A stretch of DNA of 64,000 nt from Psammoneis japonica (taxonomy: Eukaryota). The stretch lies in assembly GCA_008632985.1 (NCBI GenBank), contig QPGO01000020.1, forward strand, positions 186,001 to 250,000, written 5' to 3'. The position numbers and the translations under genes were made by a program. The notes under the pieces are model-generated. The model saw only the letters and a list, made by a program, of their open reading frames with translations. It did no database searches and was not told where the DNA came from. Shown here in pieces: positions 63,333-64,000 of the stretch (the stretch's first letter is position 1; the number at the start of each line of letters is the position of its first letter).

Positions 63333-64000
63333 ATGACATGCTCCTGCAAGAAGTGCAGTGAAAAGTTTGGCGATGCCGTTGACGATGGCATTGCTGGAGC
63401 GTATGGAAAGCTCGGGTCCTTCGTTGGCCATCGCCCCAGACTTACGATTATCATTTCTTTTATTATTGCTGCCATCTTTGGTGTCGGCTTCATGAACTTC
63501 ACCACGGAGAGCCGACCCGAAAAGCTGTGGGTGCCCCAAGGAACGCAAGCAGAAGTGGAGCAGGAAATCTTCGAGACCTACTGGAGCTCTACCGCTCGTT
63601 TTCAGAACATAATTGTTCAACCAAGCCAAGGGGAGAACGTGTTGACCCAGACTGCCCTGGAAGATGCGATGCGCATGCACACGGAAATCGAAACCAAGGT
63701 TGCAACCGTCGAGAATGAAAAGTATGTTCTTACAGACTTGTGTACCAAGAGTGGAGGTACATGCGTGGACCAGTCCGCAGGACCGGTCTGCCAGTGCCGC
63801 ATTACAAGCATTCTAAAGAGCTGGGACTACTCGCTCGAAAAGCTTCAGAATGACACAGACTTTATGGCTACGCTTCAACAGTACGGCACTCGTGAGGACC
63901 TTGAGGCCGTCTTGGGAAACTCGGTCTGGACGGACGATGACCAGCTGGTGTCCGCCGAGGCGTTCAGTTTGTCGTACTTTCTTGAGGACCGATCCAAGGT
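63333..64000 (+). CDS. Patched/NPC1-family membrane protein, 3'-partial
   Basis: The frame from ATG 63333 gives AYGKLGSFVGHRPRLTIIISFIIAAIFGVGFMNFTTESRPEKLWVPQGT...ENVLT...DLC and runs off the window. Confidence 0.82.
   Translation, partial: MTCSCKKCSEKFGDAVDDGIAGAYGKLGSFVGHRPRLTIIISFIIAAIFGVGFMNFTTESRPEKLWVPQGTQAEVEQEIFETYWSSTARFQNIIVQPSQGENVLTQTALEDAMRMHTEIETKVATVENEKYVLTDLCTKSGGTCVDQSAGPVCQCRITSILKSWDYSLEKLQNDTDFMATLQQYGTREDLEAVLGNSVWTDDDQLVSAEAFSLSYFLEDRSK

Overview
This is eukaryotic nuclear DNA, most likely from a pennate diatom (short spliceosomal introns, bipartite plastid-targeting presequences, a CoDi-like copia element). Ordinary host genes lie at about 1-9.8 kb, 31.7-45.5 kb and 53.5-64 kb: ankyrin protein, KIX-like protein, PNO1, G3P dehydrogenase, coiled-coil protein, MATH-BTB, INPP4-like phosphatase, methyltransferase, cytochrome b561, lipase, DsbA-like protein, SGNH hydrolase, mitochondrial F1 beta and delta, ATG16, ABC1 kinase and a Patched-like protein. 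Two repeat blocks interrupt them. The first (about 10.4-31.6 kb) is a decayed Helitron-like and unidentified fossil with a complete Ty1/copia element inserted into it (LTRs 19242-19517 and 26080-26355, TSD GAGTT). The second (about 45.5-51.7 kb) is a CRE-like non-LTR retrotransposon. The main observation is that both blocks, but not the host genes, have been hypermutated at TpA dinucleotides (TA->TG or TA->CA, i.e. A:T->G:C on both strands). It shows in near-total TA loss, in 7 of 10 LTR-LTR differences, and in systematic Tyr->Cys/His changes in conserved transposon motifs. It looks like a RIP-like genome-defence process running in the opposite chemical direction to fungal RIP. Base-calling errors caused by a modified base remain an alternative that must be excluded. 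No candidate enzyme gene is visible in the window.
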